From a virus (Duplodnaviria; Caudoviricetes), in the IMG/VR virus record IMGVR_UViG_3300025277_000021, positions 1 to 60,155 of that record: 60,155 nt of DNA; one strand, written 5' to 3'. The translations under genes and the position numbers were made by a program. Under the pieces are notes generated by a model that did no database searches, had not been told where the DNA came from, and saw only the letters and a list, made by a program, of their open reading frames with translations. This document shows positions 54,101 through 60,155 of this stretch, in pieces. Positions within the stretch are counted from its first letter, which is position 1. Every line of letters starts with the position of its first letter.

Positions 54101-54574
54101 AACAACTGATGGGACAACCGGCGCAACGCCAGTTGTCTTATCTCGAACGTTATTGTTGGAAATGAAGTCTGTCTGCATGGAGCGAACAGCCCGCAATTTG
54201 CGCATGACATCATCCAGCTCCGCCTCAGCTTGGCGGAACTCCTGGACAGCACTCCATTCAACGTTAGAACCCATCTCACGACGAGCGCTGCGGAGGTTGG
54301 TGCCAATCTGCACAAGCCCGGCGTTGGCTTGAGCAATTGGGGTGCTAAGCCATGACGCTTTGGACCGCGGAGCCGCCAGGGCTCGACGCAGCGACTGGAT
54401 TTGCTCCATTGTGCGGTTAAGTTCCGACGTGGGCGAAATGTTCTTTAGGGAACGGCGAAGGTCGACCAGTTCACTTCCTGCCCGATCAGAAGCCCCTGCG
54501 AGGTCTTCGATGTTCCGCTTAACTTGGCGGGTGCCACGCTCCGTGACGATGATGTCAATACGTTCTGTTGGCAT
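51143..54574 (-). CDS. Tail tape measure protein
   Basis: 1143 aa, helical; QLSQAIG....RAEEFNSILE tape-measure motif; after the tail chaperones. Confidence 0.9.
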   Translation of the reverse strand: MPTERIDIIVTERGTRQVKRNIEDLAGASDRAGSELVDLRRSLKNISPTSELNRTMEQIQSLRRALAAPRSKASWLSTPIAQANAGLVQIGTNLRSARREMGSNVEWSAVQEFRQAEAELDDVMRKLRAVRSMQTDFISNNNVRDKTTGVAPVVPSVVSLPEVNRYASDVERAARGSRDLAEGVDRVGDSARGANKPFLLLNRYVGAFGASVVAMEMMRLADSATVVANRINIVSDTNGEAAASMEELYAIARRTRTPIEELAQLFQKGMMASNELGVDQKQVLQFVEAVGMGLAVQGSSAQTARGALVQLSQAIGTDIVRAEEFNSILEGAYPIALAAAKGIDEAGGSVARLRRMVIEGEVSSEQFFNAIMSQYPMIAGMFEQTSSTISQSITVFRNKLTEYISTSEEAQTISEAVANTILLISDNIEPLADLLFSLGIAWGVGFTASKILAVGRMATSVGALATAASGLKVAIGFMGGPIVAGLAALAGVAFFVYQNTETAADKIERLREVMGDGVDALQKYNEAIKITKQEQAELGGVVNLTTEAMLRQSRAELQASLGALQDEIKGMESEINGTGFNPFNMDNIRAAMDEIASMGGFRDFDNGGEDMWSFRSADIENLYNLLSAVQDGTGTIEDFYKAVERVRGVGPEVEAAVSDLAVAIDALPDDLSEAPTEQASHWLKQAEEQLANIAEAIGGLDTEIAAAAEAQSLPEKVEALRALQAGLESAQMAGNLVRGSSWISDTADLLKALQDARDLESSMMEALGANTERLNELATEAERFRTPLEGAAGATVETEATLDKINFVPLEEGARGFADQLIRAAGAASIINNMEAPSNTNAPIMASYRPGVTRDQMGTNGLMTLNSGGSFTVGGNGGIDQNLIAFWASKGEQVSVTPKSQNNRFMGSDRSGQSKDYLKTIELINQELETRFENIMRNTQGMREQELLMSALKIAQQESTILAQKDVELIRAQADALSQLEKRMELIDSINDAVFNNMESSLNTFVENGTFKFSEFASSVIKDLAQIGMQMMVIAPLKDFFGGILDGLIPGASAAKAASALPGHNEGADFMVGGTGGVDKNVVAFRASRGERVQVTPAGKEASNGNGTVVFNITTPDAESFRRSEGQMAARAQRMLARGQRNS

Positions 54575-55080
54575 TACGCGCTCCCACCGAAGTCGTCAAA
54601 AATTTTGTTCCGGCGGACTTCAAACCGTGCTTGGTCCAAAGCGCGGCGAACCCATCCAGCTGCTTGCTGCTTTGAATGCCCTTTATCCAGAGCATCAATA
54701 TAGTAGACCGGGTTGGAGACATAGAAGGACGTGCCGCCTGCAGCCTCCGTGATCCCGGCGTCTAGAAAGCCTTTCAGGAACCCAGCGGACGGCGCTCTAT
54801 CAATACGCGCATAGGCGTCTGCGATGGTAGCTGCGGCGTTCCGTGTTTCACCGATGCCCAACCGGCGCCCAGGTGAAAAGGCAGACCGCACTGATGCCGG
54901 TGTGGCTCCAGTCGCGACCTGCCAGTTCGACCTTGCAGTCCCCGTGTCGACGGGCGTTGATCGGATGAGTGAGCCAACAAGGACTTTGGTGGCTTTACGG
55001 GGAGTAGCGTGGCTCCATCGGCCAACTTGGTAGGCACGGACCCGCAGCCGTCTTCCAAGTTCGCCAAATTCATCAGCCAC
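54574..55080 (-). CDS. Tail completion protein (HK97 gp10-like)
   Basis: TPVDTG.ARSNW and N...YI..L..GHSKQ...GWV. Confidence 0.8.
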   Translation of the reverse strand: MADEFGELGRRLRVRAYQVGRWSHATPRKATKVLVGSLIRSTPVDTGTARSNWQVATGATPASVRSAFSPGRRLGIGETRNAAATIADAYARIDRAPSAGFLKGFLDAGITEAAGGTSFYVSNPVYYIDALDKGHSKQQAAGWVRRALDQARFEVRRNKIFDDFGGSA

Positions 55081-55417
55081 CGCTCTTGCCCCCGTTTTCC
55101 TTTTCCGCTTTCTTTCGTCTATACTCCAGCAAAGCGTTATCCAAGTTCCTGATATGATACCTCATATCATCTGCCAGCTCACCCCCGATACCCTCGTCCC
55201 GATTGTAGGCCCTGATCGCTGAACCAGGAATTGGCCCGTCCATTCGTTCCGAGGAAAGCTCCTGAAAAGCTTTATAGAAAAATCCCAAGCCCAAGGGTAT
55301 TTCAGGAGCATTTGCGATGGGGTCCGGAAGAGGTTGGTTGGACCTCATTGCAATCTTGATAATCTGTTCCTCTACTGGCCCTTGTTCCAGCTGATAGATG
55401 AGGAACTGGGTTAACCG
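55073..55417 (-). CDS. Tail assembly chaperone frameshift extension (gpGT C-terminal part)
   Basis: The -1 frame after the G GGA AAC heptamer (55423-55417) reads RLTQFLIYQLEQG...MRSNQPLP to 55073. Confidence 0.8.
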   Translation of the reverse strand, partial: RLTQFLIYQLEQGPVEEQIIKIAMRSNQPLPDPIANAPEIPLGLGFFYKAFQELSSERMDGPIPGSAIRAYNRDEGIGGELADDMRYHIRNLDNALLEYRRKKAEKENGGKSGG

Positions 55418-55893
55418 TTTCCCTCAGTTTCCCGCCGTGTCTGGAGGAACAGAGCCTCTTTGCCCGACTGCGTCCGGAGGTCATGGTACAGGTTTTGGAT
55501 TTCTTTGTGCTGGAGAACAGCCAGCACATTTTCCCAGGTGAAAGGCAGAAGCTCACCGGTGTCCGGGTCTTCCAGGCCTTGCGCCCAGGTCGTGCCGTCG
55601 GGATCAGGGTTGCCCTCAGCGTCGACCAAGACTTCCCAATTCAGAATAATGGCCTTTGCCATTGCTTCCTTCATGATCTTCTCGGAGACCTTCTGGTCGA
55701 GGGTTTCCAGCTGGATCGCACGGCGATATGGCTTGGTCAGAGCTTCAAGAATGCGCTCATACGACTTGTTGGCACCACCGGCGCGTGCAAGTGTAACCCG
55801 GAACGGACCGTAGTCCAGTTCGACGCCCTCTTGTTCAGCCGCGGTGTCGGAACGGAACGAGCCGTAGCCACCCTTTTTCTTTCGGTCAGTCAT
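55411..55893 (-). CDS. Tail assembly chaperone (gpG-like)
   Basis: Between the major tail and tape measure genes; ends ...EGNG with slippery GGGAAAC. Confidence 0.85.
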   Translation of the reverse strand: MTDRKKKGGYGSFRSDTAAEQEGVELDYGPFRVTLARAGGANKSYERILEALTKPYRRAIQLETLDQKVSEKIMKEAMAKAIILNWEVLVDAEGNPDPDGTTWAQGLEDPDTGELLPFTWENVLAVLQHKEIQNLYHDLRTQSGKEALFLQTRRETEGNG

Positions 55894-55978
55894 TGTTTGC
55901 TCCTCAGCAAGTTAAGGTTGCCCGCTATTATTCCGGGCTGTCAACGTTTTCCGGCCGTCGCCATGCTTGTGAGAGTTA

Positions 55979-57493
55979 TTAGCCCTCAGCTGCATCCGGT
56001 AGGTAGTCATAGAAGCTCATGACGATGGTGTGCGCGAGGCTGTCGTTCACGTCCTCGCCATCAGCTGCCATAAGACCAAGCGGGATGGTAACCGCTTGGT
56101 TCAGTTCCACATTCAAACGACCGTCGTCCAGGGCCAGAAGAGGCAAGTCGAAGGCAAAGCCTGCGTTGTCCTTCACCACACAGACGTCCAGGGTGACGTC
56201 GGCATTGTCACGGAGGGCTTCCAGAGCCGATGTGTTCTGGAAATAGGCCGTGATGTTGCCGCCAACCTCGAAAGTGCCTGCAGTCACTTCAAACCCGCCG
56301 AGCGTCCCGACAGCCTTGTTGATGGTCAGGTTGTTGTTGATGGACAACCGGACTTCAGTGACGTAGGCAAACATTGCGTCCACATACTCGTCCACATCGC
56401 TTGTCAAGCCCATGCGAATGCGCGTGACGTGGGTCGAGGTGTTGAACGCTTTGCCGGTACCAAGCGACGGGCGTGCACCCACTTTAAGACCCTCAACAGC
56501 ATTGTTGGTCTCATAGTCAATGCCCATGAAGCCCATGTCAACCATGATTTTGTCCGCGGTGTCGATGGACATCGTCATTTCGTTGGGCACCGCACCGACG
56601 ACGTACTCAGCTTGGGTGTTCGAGGGCACCGCGTCGTCCGGGGCTCCCAACTCACGTTCAAGCTGGTAAGTCGTGCGAGTGATCGCAGGGCCTTCCTGGT
56701 TTTTGAGGGTGCGACCAAAGAAAATTTGGATCGTCTTGCCCGCGCCAGCGTCAGTCACCATTTGGCCAGAGGCTTTGTCCAGAATGACCTCGTTGGCCCC
56801 GGTAGTTGTCCGCACACGGCACCAGCCATTGTCAGTCGCCGTGCCAAACTCGGAAGCCGCAGTGTCGCCACCAATGAAGATAAGCTCACCGTCAACCAGA
56901 CCGAGTTCCGTGAGGTCCTTGGCCGAGGTTGTGATAACGGGCAAGTTACCAGTGACATCAATCCCGAGGTCACCCGCTTCAAACTGGTGGCCCACACGAA
57001 CAATGCGAGCGCCGAAGGGAGGCGAAGCTTCAGCCACAAGACCAGCAACGGCAACGTCGCCAGCCCCGGTACCCGTCACCAGCTTCAGACCGTTATTGGC
57101 ACTGTTCGAGAACCCAGAAGCAAAGACGAGGTCGTTGGCCACAAAAGCGCCTTCGTCCAGGACGGTGTACCCAGTGCCTGAAACGTCGGTGACAAGTTGC
57201 CAGCCCTTTTCTTCGAATTTGTCAAACACAAAGCCCTGGAACAGGTCCTGGATGTTCGACTGGGTCATGTCAATGTTGAACCCGCCGGCGCTCTCGAGGT
57301 CCGTCAGAACCCCTTTGTACCGGGAGCGGCGATTGTTGATAGGCGTGCGCGCGGTTTTGGTGAAGCTGCCCCCAAAGTCGTTATACGAGTTTGGATCAAG
57401 GGGGAACCAAGTGTCGCCGGCGACCCCAAGAGACTGCTCAACGCAGTAGCGAAGTCCCGTCGCATTGCTATCGATCTTGCTGACCTGTGCCAT
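55979..57493 (-). CDS. Major tail tube protein
   Basis: 504 aa; KIDSN.TGLRY..E, PNSYNDFG, L.INNNL, G.FEVGG.ITAYF; AGGAGG RBS. Confidence 0.85.
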   Translation of the reverse strand: MAQVSKIDSNATGLRYCVEQSLGVAGDTWFPLDPNSYNDFGGSFTKTARTPINNRRSRYKGVLTDLESAGGFNIDMTQSNIQDLFQGFVFDKFEEKGWQLVTDVSGTGYTVLDEGAFVANDLVFASGFSNSANNGLKLVTGTGAGDVAVAGLVAEASPPFGARIVRVGHQFEAGDLGIDVTGNLPVITTSAKDLTELGLVDGELIFIGGDTAASEFGTATDNGWCRVRTTTGANEVILDKASGQMVTDAGAGKTIQIFFGRTLKNQEGPAITRTTYQLERELGAPDDAVPSNTQAEYVVGAVPNEMTMSIDTADKIMVDMGFMGIDYETNNAVEGLKVGARPSLGTGKAFNTSTHVTRIRMGLTSDVDEYVDAMFAYVTEVRLSINNNLTINKAVGTLGGFEVTAGTFEVGGNITAYFQNTSALEALRDNADVTLDVCVVKDNAGFAFDLPLLALDDGRLNVELNQAVTIPLGLMAADGEDVNDSLAHTIVMSFYDYLPDAAEG

Positions 57494-57506
57494 GTGTTAA
57501 GGCCTC

Positions 57507-57935
57507 CTATTTGATTTGGTCATATTCAAAGTCCGCACTAACATTTGTGGTTCGAAAGGAGCCGGACTTTCCCTCCTCCGTTCCACGCACGTTCCTGAAG
57601 ATGACCCCACCAGGGGTGGTCACGCCTTCAAGGGCATCGTGCACGATCGTAGCAAGTTCGTCGGCCAGCGTCAACCCGTCACCTTCAGGGGTGCGTACCA
57701 GCACTTCGAGGTACCCGTACCGACGAAATGTTCTGTTGGTCGACTTGTTGCCCATCGTAACTTGGCCGCCTGCAGTATGGTACACGCCAATTTCAGCATG
57801 TGGGATACGACCGGAGGGGCGCCCTTCACGATCGTCGTCATACCACTGAATGACAAAGTCAGGGTCATACGCCTTAAGGGGCGTATAAACTGTGGACATC
57901 ATCTCATCTCTGGCTTGGGCTCGAGTAAGGCTCAT
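57507..57935 (-). CDS. Tail terminator protein
   Basis: Position before the major tail gene; FRRYG...V..P.G.G; GGGGAG RBS before ATG 57935. Confidence 0.7.
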   Translation of the reverse strand: MSLTRAQARDEMMSTVYTPLKAYDPDFVIQWYDDDREGRPSGRIPHAEIGVYHTAGGQVTMGNKSTNRTFRRYGYLEVLVRTPEGDGLTLADELATIVHDALEGVTTPGGVIFRNVRGTEEGKSGSFRTTNVSADFEYDQIK

Positions 57936-57936
57936 A

Positions 57937-58326
57937 TCAACGCTCCCCGTATAGGATATAAGCAACTCTCTCGTCGCTTGGCTCGACGATTTCCACGCCG
58001 TCAATGCTCCATACGTTCCCTGCAGTGTCCTCCAGGTCAACCGCGGTAGTCAGGTCGACCTCGGTAAACTGCGGATTACCATCCGTATTGTTTTCCGAAA
58101 CAATAAAGCGGGAATGACTGTTGCGCCAGGAAGCATCTGGCGCCTCTTCGGCCTCATAGGCGTACTGCACTGCCCGCACAGTTACCTTAGTGGTACCTGT
58201 AGAGCCACGCCAGGGCTTACCGTCCTCGCGATCAGGTGTTTGAGCGCGAGCCGTGACAATCATGTCCGCGCCATACTTTGTCACCAGTCGCGCAGCAGTT
58301 TTCTGGAGGCGAGACGCTAGGCTCAA
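57937..58326 (-). CDS. Head-closure / stopper protein
   Basis: Neck position; A.RL..KYG, KPW, W.I..V....P. Confidence 0.65.
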   Translation of the reverse strand: MSLASRLQKTAARLVTKYGADMIVTARAQTPDREDGKPWRGSTGTTKVTVRAVQYAYEAEEAPDASWRNSHSRFIVSENNTDGNPQFTEVDLTTAVDLEDTAGNVWSIDGVEIVEPSDERVAYILYGER

Positions 58327-58895
58327 CGAACTACCCCTTTCGAGCTACGCAAGAAGGGCCCCACCAGCAGATCAGCTTCGGGGTATTGGACTAGACGATT
58401 GGCGTCGACCAGCGAACTTCCCGAGCTAACTCTGGAGGCATTTGCCCCACTGATTGAATAGTAGGTTTCCTCATAGACAGGACCAACTTTTTCCACTTTG
58501 CGGTTGATCCGCCCAAATGGAACAGGCGCTCCGTCAGCAACGGGATACACAATCGGCGGAATGAGGTCATTGTCCAGGGCATAGCGGGCGTACCAGCAGC
58601 AAGCCTGTTGCCACTTGATAGGCACACCGATGATCCGGGTACCACGCTCATCATAGGCGTGATCCCGCGGGAACTCAAGGCCCTGCAAGGAATTTGAAAT
58701 AATGCCCTTAAGCTTGGTGCCAAAGCGCTTGCTCATATAGCGTGTGGCTTGAATGAGCTTTTCTTCTTTTGTGGCTTGCGTTGCGGCAGCCCAAGTGGCT
58801 TCGTTAATCTCAGCAAAGAAAGCGTCAGCGAAGGCCACCGAAGTGAAAGAGTTGGCTGTCACCAGGCCGGTGCCGTCTTCAGGGATAAAAGGCAT
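58323..58895 (-). CDS. Head-tail adaptor protein
   Basis: EDGTGL..ANS..SV..AD.F, LIQAT.Y, Q.LEFPR, KVGP, YP.AD.L. Confidence 0.8.
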   Translation of the reverse strand: MPFIPEDGTGLVTANSFTSVAFADAFFAEINEATWAAATQATKEEKLIQATRYMSKRFGTKLKGIISNSLQGLEFPRDHAYDERGTRIIGVPIKWQQACCWYARYALDNDLIPPIVYPVADGAPVPFGRINRKVEKVGPVYEETYYSISGANASRVSSGSSLVDANRLVQYPEADLLVGPFLRSSKGVVR

Positions 58896-59040
58896 CTAGC
58901 TCTCCTCGGGTTCCTCAGCTTCATTGCTCTTGGCCTCGGCCATGCGAGCCAGTCTGCGTTTGCGGGCAGCATAAAGTGCGGCGCTCAAACGATTGCGAAC
59001 CGCAACTGGGCCTTTTTTCTGTTGCGGTTCGCTGGGCCAT
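58896..59040 (-). CDS. Small basic protein requiring a +1 frame change at an A6 run
   Basis: ATG 59040 frame MAQRTATEK; the +1 frame continues GPVAVRNRLSAALYAARKRRLARM...EES to a TAG abutting the next ATG. Confidence 0.4.
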
Positions 59041-59042
59041 GG

Positions 59043-59747
59043 TTAACCGATATGGCCGCTTGGACGGCGTGCCTTACGACGGGCGTTCATGGCCGCATCG
59101 AGAGGCGAGGACGAACCGCCCAGGCCGTGCATGCGGGCACGCTTGGCTTGTTCACTGCGTTGGAACTGCTGAATTGCAGCGGCGGGCGACAATGGCGGGA
59201 ATGCATCGTTTTTCGCTTGAATAGCTTCCGCCAGCGATTGCTCAGCCCGAAGCAGCTCCAAGCGCCCTTGCTCCAAAGCGGTACGAAGGTCATCCGCGTA
59301 GACGCGAGCTTCCTCGATACGGGCATCGTATTCTGCCTCTTCATCGCCTGGGCCCTCGGCCAACGGATCGTCATTGCCAGCATCTACAAACGGGTCACCT
59401 GAGGCCTCGGCGTTATCGACCGAGGCATCCTTATCAGGTTCGGCTGTCGTAGCCGTTTCGGTCTCTGTCGTCGGCTCGGGGGACTGCTGAACAGTCTCGG
59501 GTGCGTCGCTTTCGACCGGCGGCTCGTCAACGGGCGGTTCCCCATCTTGGGGCGCGTCGACCAGTTCACTCGCAACTGCGCGGGTATAGTTCGGCGCAGC
59601 ATTGGTAACGCTTTTGCGGGACACATCGCCACCAAGCAGGTTCTCCACGGCGTCAAGCCGGGGCATACCGTCAGTGGTCCAGTGCTCATCGTTTTTCGGG
59701 TCAAGACCGCGTACGGCCTCAAGAATTTCTTCGTTGGTCTTTGCCAT
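59043..59747 (-). CDS. Hypothetical acidic virion-module protein
   Basis: GAGGAG RBS before ATG 59747; LDP.ND.HWT.DG.P motif. Confidence 0.7.
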   Translation of the reverse strand: MAKTNEEILEAVRGLDPKNDEHWTTDGMPRLDAVENLLGGDVSRKSVTNAAPNYTRAVASELVDAPQDGEPPVDEPPVESDAPETVQQSPEPTTETETATTAEPDKDASVDNAEASGDPFVDAGNDDPLAEGPGDEEAEYDARIEEARVYADDLRTALEQGRLELLRAEQSLAEAIQAKNDAFPPLSPAAAIQQFQRSEQAKRARMHGLGGSSSPLDAAMNARRKARRPSGHIG

Positions 59748-59797
59748 CTGTTTGCTCCTCAGGGTTACAGTGGGCTGGCCGAAGCCAGCCACACCAA

Positions 59798-60155
59798 TTA
59801 GTCGTCGCCCAGTACAATATAGGCGAGGTGAACAATGCCCGAAGCACTGATGTCCACGCTGGCATCTTCAGTGATGCCTGCAGCGTTGACAATCAAGTTC
59901 AGGTTGATTTCCAGGGAAGCATCTGTGTTATCAAACACAAACACCCCGCCCCGTTCCCCGCGTATAAGACCGGTCACTTCAGCGTCAGCGCCACCAAACC
60001 CGGAGGTATAGATGATGTTCCGCTCAGCATCGTCGGTAATCTCGCCGTCTGCCAGAGGGGCAGTTGACATAGAATAGCTGCCATCCCAGTTGTCCTCCAG
60101 GTCAGCGCTGTCGCCGGGGCCTGCAAATTTGACATAGGCAGTGGCCCCAAGAAAC
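59798..60155 (-). CDS. 3' part of the head-associated protein that starts at 313
   Basis: Same reading frame across the circular junction. Confidence 0.75.
   Translation of the reverse strand, partial: FLGATAYVKFAGPGDSADLEDNWDGSYSMSTAPLADGEITDDAERNIIYTSGFGGADAEVTGLIRGERGGVFVFDNTDASLEINLNLIVNAAGITEDASVDISASGIVHLAYIVLGDD
60010..60155. repeat. Terminal direct repeat / circular assembly overlap (copy 2)
   Basis: Matches 1-146 with one synonymous mismatch. Confidence 0.95.

Overview
The window is a complete, circularly permuted genome of a tailed dsDNA siphophage, about 60,009 bp plus a 146-bp end overlap. No integrase or repressor is recognisable, so it is probably lytic. The head and replication genes have a YuA/M6/phiJL001-like layout, and the tail tip is an RcGTA-like module (DUF2460, DUF2163, NlpC/P60, megatron, DUF2793), which points to a Rhodobacterales/roseobacter-type host (inference). 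The minus strand carries packaging, head, tail and lysis genes (8464 to 1, then 60155 to 41885) and a primase-helicase. The plus strand carries small early genes (8982-15418) and the replication and nucleotide-metabolism genes (exonucleases, ligase, SSB, PolA, SNF2 helicase, DenV, class II RNR). Main observations: (1) A nucleotide operon (MazG-like/dNMP-kinase fusion, thymidylate-synthase homologue, dCMP deaminase, DHFR) whose synthase has Asp at the dUMP/dCMP specificity position, predicting pre-replicative cytosine modification, most simply genome-wide 5-methylcytosine. (2) Eight mostly unrelated proteins, mostly nucleic-acid binding, end in the same acidic D-P-[LMT]-x tail, a possible phage-wide docking or degradation tag. 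(3) A non-tail programmed -1 frameshift (GGGUUUU plus stem-loop) would fuse a Met/Gly-rich protein to an otherwise startless Zn-finger-HIRAN module; two more candidate recoding sites exist. (4) A promoter-driven, ~300-nt highly structured non-coding RNA lies upstream of polA. All family assignments come from motif recognition by eye; no database searches were run.
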